Source of the DNA: Candidatus Sysuimicrobiota bacterium
GTDB taxonomy: Bacteria > Sysuimicrobiota > Sysuimicrobiia > Sysuimicrobiales > Sysuimicrobiaceae
DNA length: 36,443 nucleotides
Direction of reading: 5' to 3'
Assembly: GCA_040289515.1 (NCBI GenBank)
Contig: PSLI01000018.1
Location: 1-36,443 of the forward strand
The translations under genes were made by a program, and so were the position numbers. Below are positions 28,842-36,443 of this stretch, piece after piece (position 1 is the stretch's first letter; each line of letters starts with the position of its first letter). The notes beneath the pieces are model-generated. The model did not search any database. It was not told the DNA's origin and saw only the letters and a list, made by a program, of their open reading frames with translations.

Positions 28842-29363
28842 TTACGTGGTGGCCGGACCCCGCAGCAGCACCACGGACCCCGTGCGGGCCACCTCCCGCA
28901 CCCCGTGCCGCGCCACGAGGTTCAGGAACGCGTCGATCTTCTCGGGGGTGCCCGTGACCTCCAGGGTCACCGTCTTTTCCGTGAGGTCAATCGGGCGCGC
29001 CCGAAACACCTGAGCGGCTTCCAAGATCTCCGACCGCACCCCCGCGGGTGCGTTCACCTTCACCAGGGCCAGTTCCCGTTCCGTGCGCGGCGCGTCCGTC
29101 ACGTCCCGGACCCGCCGCACCTCCACCACCCGGCGCACCTGCTTCACTACGGATTCCGCTAGGGCCGCGGGACACTCCACCGTCATGGTGATCCGGGAAA
29201 CCGCGGGGTCCTCCGTCACGGACACCGCCAGGCTGTGGATGTTGATCCCGCGCCGCCGAAACAGGGCCACCACACGCAGGAGCACACCCGGTACGTTGTC
29301 TACCAGCACCGACAGCACCCGGCGCTCCCCCATCGGCTGCGCATTGGGCACCGCGTTAGTCAC
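28842..29363 (-). CDS. ilvN: Acetolactate synthase small (regulatory) subunit
   Basis: ACT domain LSVLVDNVPGVL..LFRRRGINI.SL, ERELALVKV and EVARTG. The start may instead be ATG 29333. Confidence 0.93.
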   Translation of the reverse strand: MTNAVPNAQPMGERRVLSVLVDNVPGVLLRVVALFRRRGINIHSLAVSVTEDPAVSRITMTVECPAALAESVVKQVRRVVEVRRVRDVTDAPRTERELALVKVNAPAGVRSEILEAAQVFRARPIDLTEKTVTLEVTGTPEKIDAFLNLVARHGVREVARTGSVVLLRGPATT

Positions 29364-31056
29364 CGAGGATCATCTCCTTCACGGATTGCCCCGAGGGGAT
29401 CATGGGGTAGCAGTTCTCCTCCGGGTCCACCAGGAGGTCCACCACCACCGGACGGTCCGTCACCTCCAGGGACCGCTGCAGGGCCGGTTCCAGCTCCTCC
29501 GAGCGCTCCACGCGGATCCCCACCGCCCCGAAGGCCTCCGCGAGGCGGGCGAAGTCGGGGTTGCGGAGCTGGACTGCACAGTACCGCTGGTTGTAGAAGA
29601 GCTCCTGCCACTGCCGCACCATGCCCAAAGAGGCGTTGTTCACCACGTAGATCTTCAGGGGCAGCTTCCACTCCACCGCGGTGATGAGGTCCTGCATGGT
29701 CATCTGGAAGCCCCCATCCCCCACGATGGCCACCACGAGAGCGTCGGGGCGGGCGAACTGGGCTCCCATGGCGGCGGGGAAGCCGAACCCCATGGCCCCC
29801 AGGCCGCCGGAGGAGATGAAGGTCCGTGGCTTCCGGCACTTGTAGTACTGGGCCGCCCACATCTGGTGCTGCCCCACGTCCGTGACCACCAGCGCCTCCC
29901 CCCGCGTGACCCGGTGGATGGCCTCGATGGCCTCCTGGGGCTTAAGCAGGGGGCCCGGCTTCCACCGGAGTGGATAGCGGGCACGCCACTCCTCGATCTG
30001 CTTCCACCACGCCTCCACGTCCGGAGGCTGCACGAGCGGTTCCAGCGCCTCCAGCACCTCCCGAGCATCTCCCACGATGGGGATGTGGGCGGGCTTGTTC
30101 TTTCCGATCTCCGAGGGGTCGATGTCGATGTGGATGAAGCGGGCGTGGGGGCAGAAGTCCTTCAGCCGGCCCGTCACCCGGTCGTCGAACCGCGCCCCCA
30201 CCGCGATCACCAGGTCGGCGGCGTTGATGGCGTAGTTGGCGTACGCGGTACCGTGCATGCCCAGCATCCCCAGGCACAGGGGGTCTGTTTCGTCGAAGGC
30301 CCCCTTGCCCATAAGGGTCACCGTCACGGGGATGCGGCACCGCCGGGCCAGGCGGGCCAGGGGCTCGCTGGCACCCTGAGCGCCCCCGCCCACGTACAGG
30401 ATGGGCCGCCGGCTCTGGGAGATGGCCTCCGCGGCCTCCGCGATGCGGGCAGGGTGCCCCTTGGTGACCGGCCGGCGGCGGGGCTCGAAGGCCTCCTCCA
30501 GCAATTCCTCGGGGAGCTGGGCCTGCAGCACGTCGCGCGGCACATCCACCAGCACGGGACCCGGACGCCCCGACTGGCACAGGTAGATGGCCTCTCGCAG
30601 GGTGCGCACGAGCGCGTGGGGATCCATCACCAGGGCATTGTGTTTGGTGATGGGCGTGGTGATGGAGGTCACGTCCGCCTCCTGGAAAGCGTCCGTTCCG
30701 ATGTTGGCCCGCACCACCTGCCCGGTGATGGCCAGCACCGCGGCGGAGTCCATCATGGCGTCCGCCAGCCCGGTCACCAGGTTCGTGGCCCCCGGGCCGG
30801 AGGTGGCGGTGCACACCCCGAACCGTCCGGAGGCCCGCGCGTAGCCCGTGGCCGCGTGCGCGGCCACCTGCTCGTGCCGACAGAGCACGTGGCGGATGCC
30901 CGGGGCGTCATACAGGGCGTCATACAAAGGGAGGGACGCGCCACCCGGGTGCCCGAAGACCCACTCCACCCCGGCCTCCTCCAGGACCCGTACCACCGCC
31001 TTCGCCCCCGAAATGGTTCGGGTAGCCTTGCGGGTCTCGGCCGTGGCGGTTTTCAT
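29356..31056 (-). CDS. ilvB: Acetolactate synthase large subunit
   Basis: FGHPGG, RHEQ, TSGPGATN, GTDAFQE, GMLGMHG, DVGQHQMW and the ThDP-binding GDGGFQM...NN motif. Confidence 0.96.
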   Translation of the reverse strand: MKTATAETRKATRTISGAKAVVRVLEEAGVEWVFGHPGGASLPLYDALYDAPGIRHVLCRHEQVAAHAATGYARASGRFGVCTATSGPGATNLVTGLADAMMDSAAVLAITGQVVRANIGTDAFQEADVTSITTPITKHNALVMDPHALVRTLREAIYLCQSGRPGPVLVDVPRDVLQAQLPEELLEEAFEPRRRPVTKGHPARIAEAAEAISQSRRPILYVGGGAQGASEPLARLARRCRIPVTVTLMGKGAFDETDPLCLGMLGMHGTAYANYAINAADLVIAVGARFDDRVTGRLKDFCPHARFIHIDIDPSEIGKNKPAHIPIVGDAREVLEALEPLVQPPDVEAWWKQIEEWRARYPLRWKPGPLLKPQEAIEAIHRVTRGEALVVTDVGQHQMWAAQYYKCRKPRTFISSGGLGAMGFGFPAAMGAQFARPDALVVAIVGDGGFQMTMQDLITAVEWKLPLKIYVVNNASLGMVRQWQELFYNQRYCAVQLRNPDFARLAEAFGAVGIRVERSEELEPALQRSLEVTDRPVVVDLLVDPEENCYPMIPSGQSVKEMILGD

Positions 31057-31091
31057 GTCGCTCCTCCCCTCTCGGTTTGCACAGTCTCTAG

Positions 31092-31130
31092 AAAAGCACC
31101 GGGAGCCAACCTAAGGACGGGCTGGCTCCC
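31092..31130 (-). terminator. Intrinsic terminator of the Leu T-box
   Basis: Stem GGGAGCCAGCC/GGUUGGCUCCC followed by GGUGCUUUU. It is mutually exclusive with the antiterminator. Confidence 0.85.
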
Positions 31131-31320
31131 GCGGTACCACCTTAGTTCCGAGCTGCACAACAGCTCGGCCCTCGTTGACCCTTCACGCGGGCCACGTGCC
31201 GGGCTACTCGCCTTCGCCCGGCAGGCTCGGGGACGAGGTTCAGCGCCCGGCCCTGCCGGATCGCACCTCCCCGGCTCTCTGGGGGGGCCCCGCGGCGCCT
31301 ACTACTTCCCTTCGTTGCCC
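31092..31320 (-). ncRNA. T-box riboswitch (Leu specifier CUC) controlling the ilv-leu operon
   Basis: Stem I has AGUA, AGAGA and GGUGCGA motifs. The specifier loop reads GAAC-CUC-G (31237-31235). T-box AACUAAGGUGGUACCGCG (31147-31130); antiterminator AAGG-UGGUACC-GCG..CGU-CCUU. Confidence 0.93.
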
Positions 31321-31333
31321 GGATTCGGTTTTC

Positions 31334-31467
31334 CGCACACCCAGCAGCCGGGTGGGTGCCGCAGCTGCTGCTCCTGGGGGACCGGCCCCGATTGGACCGG
31401 TCCGGTGGTGCGATCGGGTGACCTTTGGTGAAGCCGCCTCCCGCACCACCGCTTCCCCCGGTGTGCG
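31334..31467 (-). ncRNA. Unidentified multi-stem structured leader RNA upstream of the Leu T-box
   Basis: Five complementary stems of 8, 4, 10, 9 and 9 bp. It starts within a few nt of the predicted TSS. See findings. Confidence 0.6.
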
Positions 31468-31477
31468 TTTGCGTTTA

Positions 31478-31506
31478 CTTGTACCAGCAGACCCCGCGGG
31501 TGTCAA
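31478..31506 (-). promoter_or_regulatory. sigma70-type promoter of the ilv-leu operon
   Basis: TTGACA (31506-31501), a 17-nt spacer, then TACAAG with an extended TG (31483-31478). Confidence 0.8.
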
Positions 31507-31535
31507 CGCAGCTTCGATTCACGTTCCTTATCAAG

Positions 31536-32582
31536 TCATGCCCGGGTACCCAGCGGGGCACCCGCCAGATCGCGGCCGATGGCTTGAGCCACCTTGCGCA
31601 GGTCCTGGACCAGCTCGGCGAACTGGTCGGGCCGCAGCTGCTGGGGGCCGTCGCTGAGTGCCCGCTCGGGGTCGGGATGGACCTCCACCAGCAGGCCGTC
31701 GGCGCCCGCCGCCACCGCCGCGCGGGCCAGGGGCGGCACCCAGTGGCGCTTGCCCGCGGCTTGGCTGGGATCCACCACCACGGGCAGGTGGCTCAGGCGC
31801 TGCAGCACAGGCACCGCGCTGATGTCCAGCAGGAAGCGGGTGTGGTTGTCGAAGTTGCGCAGCCCCCGCTCACACAGGACCACGTGGGGGTTCCCTTCGG
31901 ACAGGATATACTCCGCAGCCAGGAGGGTTTCCTCCAAGGTAGCCGCAGGCCCCCGCTTGAGCAGCACCGGGCAGCCGGCCCGCCCCACCTCTCGCAGGAG
32001 GGTGTAGTTCTGCATGTTGCGGGCGCCGATCTGCACCATGTCCGCGTAGCGCAGCACCAGCTCCAGCTGGCGGGCGTCCATGACTTCGGTGACCACGGGC
32101 AGCCCCGTGGCCTCCCGGGCCTCCGCGAGCAAGCGAAGCCCCTCCTCCTCCAGGCCCTGGAAGGAGTAAGGGGAGGTGCGGGGCTTGAAGGCGCCTCCCC
32201 GCAGCATAACCGCACCCGCCCGCTGCACCGCCAGGGCGGCCTGCAGGATCTGGTCGCGGCTTTCCACCGAACAGGGGCCCGCGATCAACACCACCTCCGC
32301 GCCCCCGATGCGCACGCCCCGGACGGTAACCAACGTGGTGTGTGGCTGGAACTCCCGGCTCACCAGCTTGTAGGGCTGGAGGACCTTCACCACCCGCTCC
32401 ACGCCTTCCATCGCTTCCAGCATGGTGCGCAGCTGCTCCTTGGTGCGGTCGTCCCCGATGACGCCAATGACGGTGCGCATGACCCCCTGGGACACGTGGG
32501 GAACCAGACCCGCCTCACGGATGCGGTGGAGCACCGCCTCCCGCTGCTCGGGGGTGCACTGGGCGTGCAGCACCACGATCAC
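31536..32582 (-). CDS. aroF: 3-deoxy-7-phosphoheptulonate (DAHP) synthase, type I-beta with an N-terminal ACT-like domain
   Basis: IAGPCSVE, RGGAFKPRTSPYSFQG, IGARNMQN, LLKRG, LCERG and VDPS. SD AAGGAGG precedes GTG 32582. Confidence 0.95.
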   Translation of the reverse strand: MIVVLHAQCTPEQREAVLHRIREAGLVPHVSQGVMRTVIGVIGDDRTKEQLRTMLEAMEGVERVVKVLQPYKLVSREFQPHTTLVTVRGVRIGGAEVVLIAGPCSVESRDQILQAALAVQRAGAVMLRGGAFKPRTSPYSFQGLEEEGLRLLAEAREATGLPVVTEVMDARQLELVLRYADMVQIGARNMQNYTLLREVGRAGCPVLLKRGPAATLEETLLAAEYILSEGNPHVVLCERGLRNFDNHTRFLLDISAVPVLQRLSHLPVVVDPSQAAGKRHWVPPLARAAVAAGADGLLVEVHPDPERALSDGPQQLRPDQFAELVQDLRKVAQAIGRDLAGAPLGTRA

Positions 32583-32603
32583 CGCCGTCCCTCCTTCCCG
32601 GAT

Positions 32604-32639
32604 AAAACGACGCCTCCCGCCCCTTTCGGGACGGGAGGC
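32604..32639 (-). terminator. Intrinsic terminator of the aroF T-box
   Basis: GCCUCCCGUCCC-GAAA-GGGGCGGGAGGC followed by GUCGUUUU. Confidence 0.88.
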
Positions 32640-32893
32640 CAGGGCCTCGCGCGGTACCACCCGACTTCCGCAGGCTTACCGGGCCTGCGGCCCTCTCGGA
32701 GTAGGACTTCCGTCCGATTCCGCCGGCTGCGCGCTCACGGGAGCCGGGACCCCGTCGGCGCCTACTGAGCCTGCGCGCTGTTCGGGCCGCCCCTCGCAGG
32801 GGAACTCGGCCGTCGGAGGGACACCGCGCTTGCACCTTGCCGCGGCTCTCTACGAGACTCCGCCGGACCGCCTACGCGTCCCTGGTCTTCGGG
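32604..32893 (-). ncRNA. T-box riboswitch (probable Phe specifier UUC) controlling aroF
   Basis: Stem I has AGAGA and GGUGCAA. Specifier GAG-UUC (32804-32802). T-box AAGUCGGGUGGUACCGCG (32667-32650); antiterminator CGGG-UGGUACC-GCG..CGU-CCCG. Confidence 0.9.
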
Positions 32894-32903
32894 TTTGTCT
32901 CCG

Positions 32904-32932
32904 ATCCTAGGAGCCGCCCCGAAGGTTGTCAA
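32904..32932 (-). promoter_or_regulatory. sigma70-type promoter of the aroF T-box leader
   Basis: TTGACA (32932-32927), 17 nt, then TAGGAT (32909-32904). The -35 overlaps the LysR stop codon. Confidence 0.85.
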
Positions 32933-33870
32933 CGGGTGCCCGATGCAGCCCGTTGATCAACCGTCACTTGTCCGCCACTCAGGGTGGCCCGCAGGGTCTG
33001 CACGAACCGCTTGGCCCACTCGTTTAGGCCTCGGCCCCTTAGGTACACCAGGTCCACGAACCGCTGGGGCATCTCCGCACCCACCAAGCGTACCGAAACC
33101 AGGCTCCCTTCCGCCACCTCCCGCCGTACCGCGATCTTCGGCAGGAGGGAGATGCCTACACCCCGCTCCACCATCTTCTTGGTGGCCTCGATGGTGTCCA
33201 GCTCCAGGACCACGTTGGGGATCAGGCCCTGGCGTCGGAAGGTGGCGTTGAGTAGGGTCCAGTCGCTGGACCCGCGGTCGTAGAAGATAAGGGGCTGGCC
33301 TGCGACCTCCTCCAGGGTCACCCGCCCCACGTTGGCGAAGGGGTGCCGGGGATACACCACCAGCGCGAAGGGATCCCGGGCTAGGTGGATGGTTTCCACC
33401 TGGGGGTGGCTCAAGGACCGAGCCAGCCCGATCTCCGCCTCTTCGTTGAGGACCATCTGCAGGACCTCCCGGGAGTGCCCTGTGCGGATCAAGACCTTGC
33501 ACGCCTCGCACTCCTGCCGGAACCGCTTCAGGGCCTCGGGCAGCAGGTACGTGCACAGGGAGGGGACTGCGGCCAAGGTCAGGGGCCCCGCGGAGGGTCC
33601 CGTGGTCTGCTGCACCGCGTGCTGGCCTTCGACCACCGCCTGGATGGCGCGCTCCGCGTACGGCAACAGGGCCTCCCCTGCCTCCGTGAGCCGCACGGTG
33701 CGGCCGTCCCGCTCGAACAGGCGCTTGCCCAGGGCTCGCTCGAGGGACTGGATGCGGGCACTGACTGCGGGCTGCGACAGGAACAAGGCCTCCGCGGCGC
33801 GGTGGAAGCTCCGGAACGTGGCCACCGCCACGAAGGCCTCCAGCTGGTGCAGCTCCACGGTCCCGCCCAC
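32929..33870 (-). CDS. LysR-family transcriptional regulator
   Basis: HTH SFHRAAEALFLSQPAVSARIQSLE..LG..LFER..LTEAG and a substrate-binding domain (MVERGVGISLLP). SD GAGGTG. Confidence 0.94.
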   Translation of the reverse strand: MGGTVELHQLEAFVAVATFRSFHRAAEALFLSQPAVSARIQSLERALGKRLFERDGRTVRLTEAGEALLPYAERAIQAVVEGQHAVQQTTGPSAGPLTLAAVPSLCTYLLPEALKRFRQECEACKVLIRTGHSREVLQMVLNEEAEIGLARSLSHPQVETIHLARDPFALVVYPRHPFANVGRVTLEEVAGQPLIFYDRGSSDWTLLNATFRRQGLIPNVVLELDTIEATKKMVERGVGISLLPKIAVRREVAEGSLVSVRLVGAEMPQRFVDLVYLRGRGLNEWAKRFVQTLRATLSGGQVTVDQRAASGTR

Positions 33871-33885
33871 GCGGTCACCTCGGCC

Positions 33886-35313
<1,428 letters not shown>

Positions 35314-35346
35314 GGCGCTGCCTCCACCGGTGGACTCAAGACCAGT

Positions 35347-36443
35347 CTACCACTGCGCCGGCGGCGGCAGGCGTACGACCGCGTCCGCGTGGCGGGCCAC
35401 CGCCTCATCCCACGTGAACAGGAACACCTGCCGGTCCCGGGCAAGCTCCCGAAGCCAATCCAGCGCCCTGTGACGGCGGTCGGGGTCGAGGGTGACGAAG
35501 GGGTCGTCCAGAAGTAGGGGCGTTCGAGCCTGCGGGGCCAGGACGTCCACCAGCGCTACCCGAGCGGCCAGGTACACCAGGTCCACGGTACCCCGGCTGA
35601 GGTGGGGCTCCTCGGGCGGGAGCCACAAGCCTGCCTCGTCGGACCACACCTCCAGCCGCAAGCTCTCCCCGTTCGGGATCCGGACGCGGGTGTACCGGCC
35701 GCCGGTGAGGCGGGCCAGGGACTGCCCTGCCCGCTCCCCCACCGCCCGGCGCGCGGGCACCTCCACGGCGGACTTGGCTTCCTGCAAAACCTCCGCGGCC
35801 ACCCGCAAGGCGCGGGCCCGGCGTTCCAGCCGTTCCAGCTCCGCACGACAGCCGTCAAGCTCCTCCTCCACCCTCAAAAGCTCCTCCTCCTCGGGAGCCG
35901 CTTCCAAGCGGCCCTCCAGGCGCTGCAGCTGCGAGCTCAGCTGCCCGCGGAGCTCCTGCAGCCGTTGGGTCTCCGCTTCGAGGCGCTGCAGGTCCAGGGG
36001 CAGGAGGGACTTCCCCCGCACCACCTCGCTTTCCAGGAAGGCCACCGCCGCGTGCAGGTCCGCGGACAGGCTTTCCAGTTCCTCCGCGATGGCCGCGGGC
36101 TCCCGGCCGGCCAGCAGGTCCTGCAGGCGGTGCTGCGCGATCCGCACGGCCTGCTCTAGGTCCCGGCGGCGCCGCAGCCGCGCCCGCAGCTCCTCCACCG
36201 TGGCCACCCCGGCCTGTTTCAGCTCGCGCTGTGCCTGGGCCCGCAGGTGTGCGACCTTCTCGCGCAGCTGCCGCGCCAGGCGGTTACGCTCCTGCTGGGC
36301 CCGCGCTTCCGCCTGGGCCTGCCGGTGCGCCTCCGCGCGGTGCCAGTCCCGCCAGGCCAGCAGGACCGCGCCCACCGAAAAGAGGGCGAGAGCGGCCCGC
36401 ACGAAGACGGGCTGCTCGAGCAGAATCGCGGCAGCGGCAGGTA
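35347..36443 (-). CDS. YhaN/SbcC-like coiled-coil ATPase (AAA_27-type), C-terminal part; 5' end outside the window
   Basis: Long coiled coil after a hydrophobic segment. Signature LSRGT...YLAAR, Walker B LLLDDPFV..D and QVFLFT. Confidence 0.8.
   Translation of the reverse strand, partial: PAAAAILLEQPVFVRAALALFSVGAVLLAWRDWHRAEAHRQAQAEARAQQERNRLARQLREKVAHLRAQAQRELKQAGVATVEELRARLRRRRDLEQAVRIAQHRLQDLLAGREPAAIAEELESLSADLHAAVAFLESEVVRGKSLLPLDLQRLEAETQRLQELRGQLSSQLQRLEGRLEAAPEEEELLRVEEELDGCRAELERLERRARALRVAAEVLQEAKSAVEVPARRAVGERAGQSLARLTGGRYTRVRIPNGESLRLEVWSDEAGLWLPPEEPHLSRGTVDLVYLAARVALVDVLAPQARTPLLLDDPFVTLDPDRRHRALDWLRELARDRQVFLFTWDEAVARHADAVVRLPPPAQW

Noticed and set aside
31526..31535. CTTATCAAG resembling the start of a SAM-I riboswitch
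   Set aside because: It is on the wrong strand for the downstream genes, and none of the remaining SAM-I motifs follow.
35323..35334. 12-bp palindrome TCCACCGGTGGA overlapping the fumC SD
   Set aside because: It is a single GC-rich palindrome with no second copy or nearby promoter, so it is plausibly chance.

Overview
A very GC-rich bacterial chromosome segment, probably from a thermophile (inference; the taxon cannot be assigned from this window). It appears to span the replication terminus: a Bacillus-type 28-bp dif site lies at 10446-10473, and gene orientation flips from mostly + to mostly - around it. Left of dif is a tightly coupled glycerophosphate-utilisation operon: an Fe3+/Afu-type ABC ATPase and permease, a HAD-IIA phosphatase, ugpB-ugpQ-ugpA-ugpE, glpK and glpD. 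Around dif is an accessory, partly decaying zone: a deleted CMD/AhpD-family pseudogene whose stop codon lies inside dif, a GH130 + GT4 + six-hairpin-glycosidase-like + GT4 cluster, a DUF420 gene and a foreign-looking chrA pseudogene. On the - strand, in transcription order, are a yhaN-like ATPase (partial), fumC, a LysR regulator, a Phe-type T-box with aroF, and then a Leu T-box with ilvB-ilvN-ilvC-leuA-leuC-leuD-cimA-(38-aa small ORF)-leuB-(sugar-type ABC transporter)-ilvD. The most unusual signals are an unrecognised ~135-nt multi-stem RNA between the ilvB promoter and the Leu T-box (a candidate tandem riboswitch), the 38-aa ORF with a strong SD inside the leu operon, and the phosphatase-plus-kinase logic of the glycerophosphate operon.
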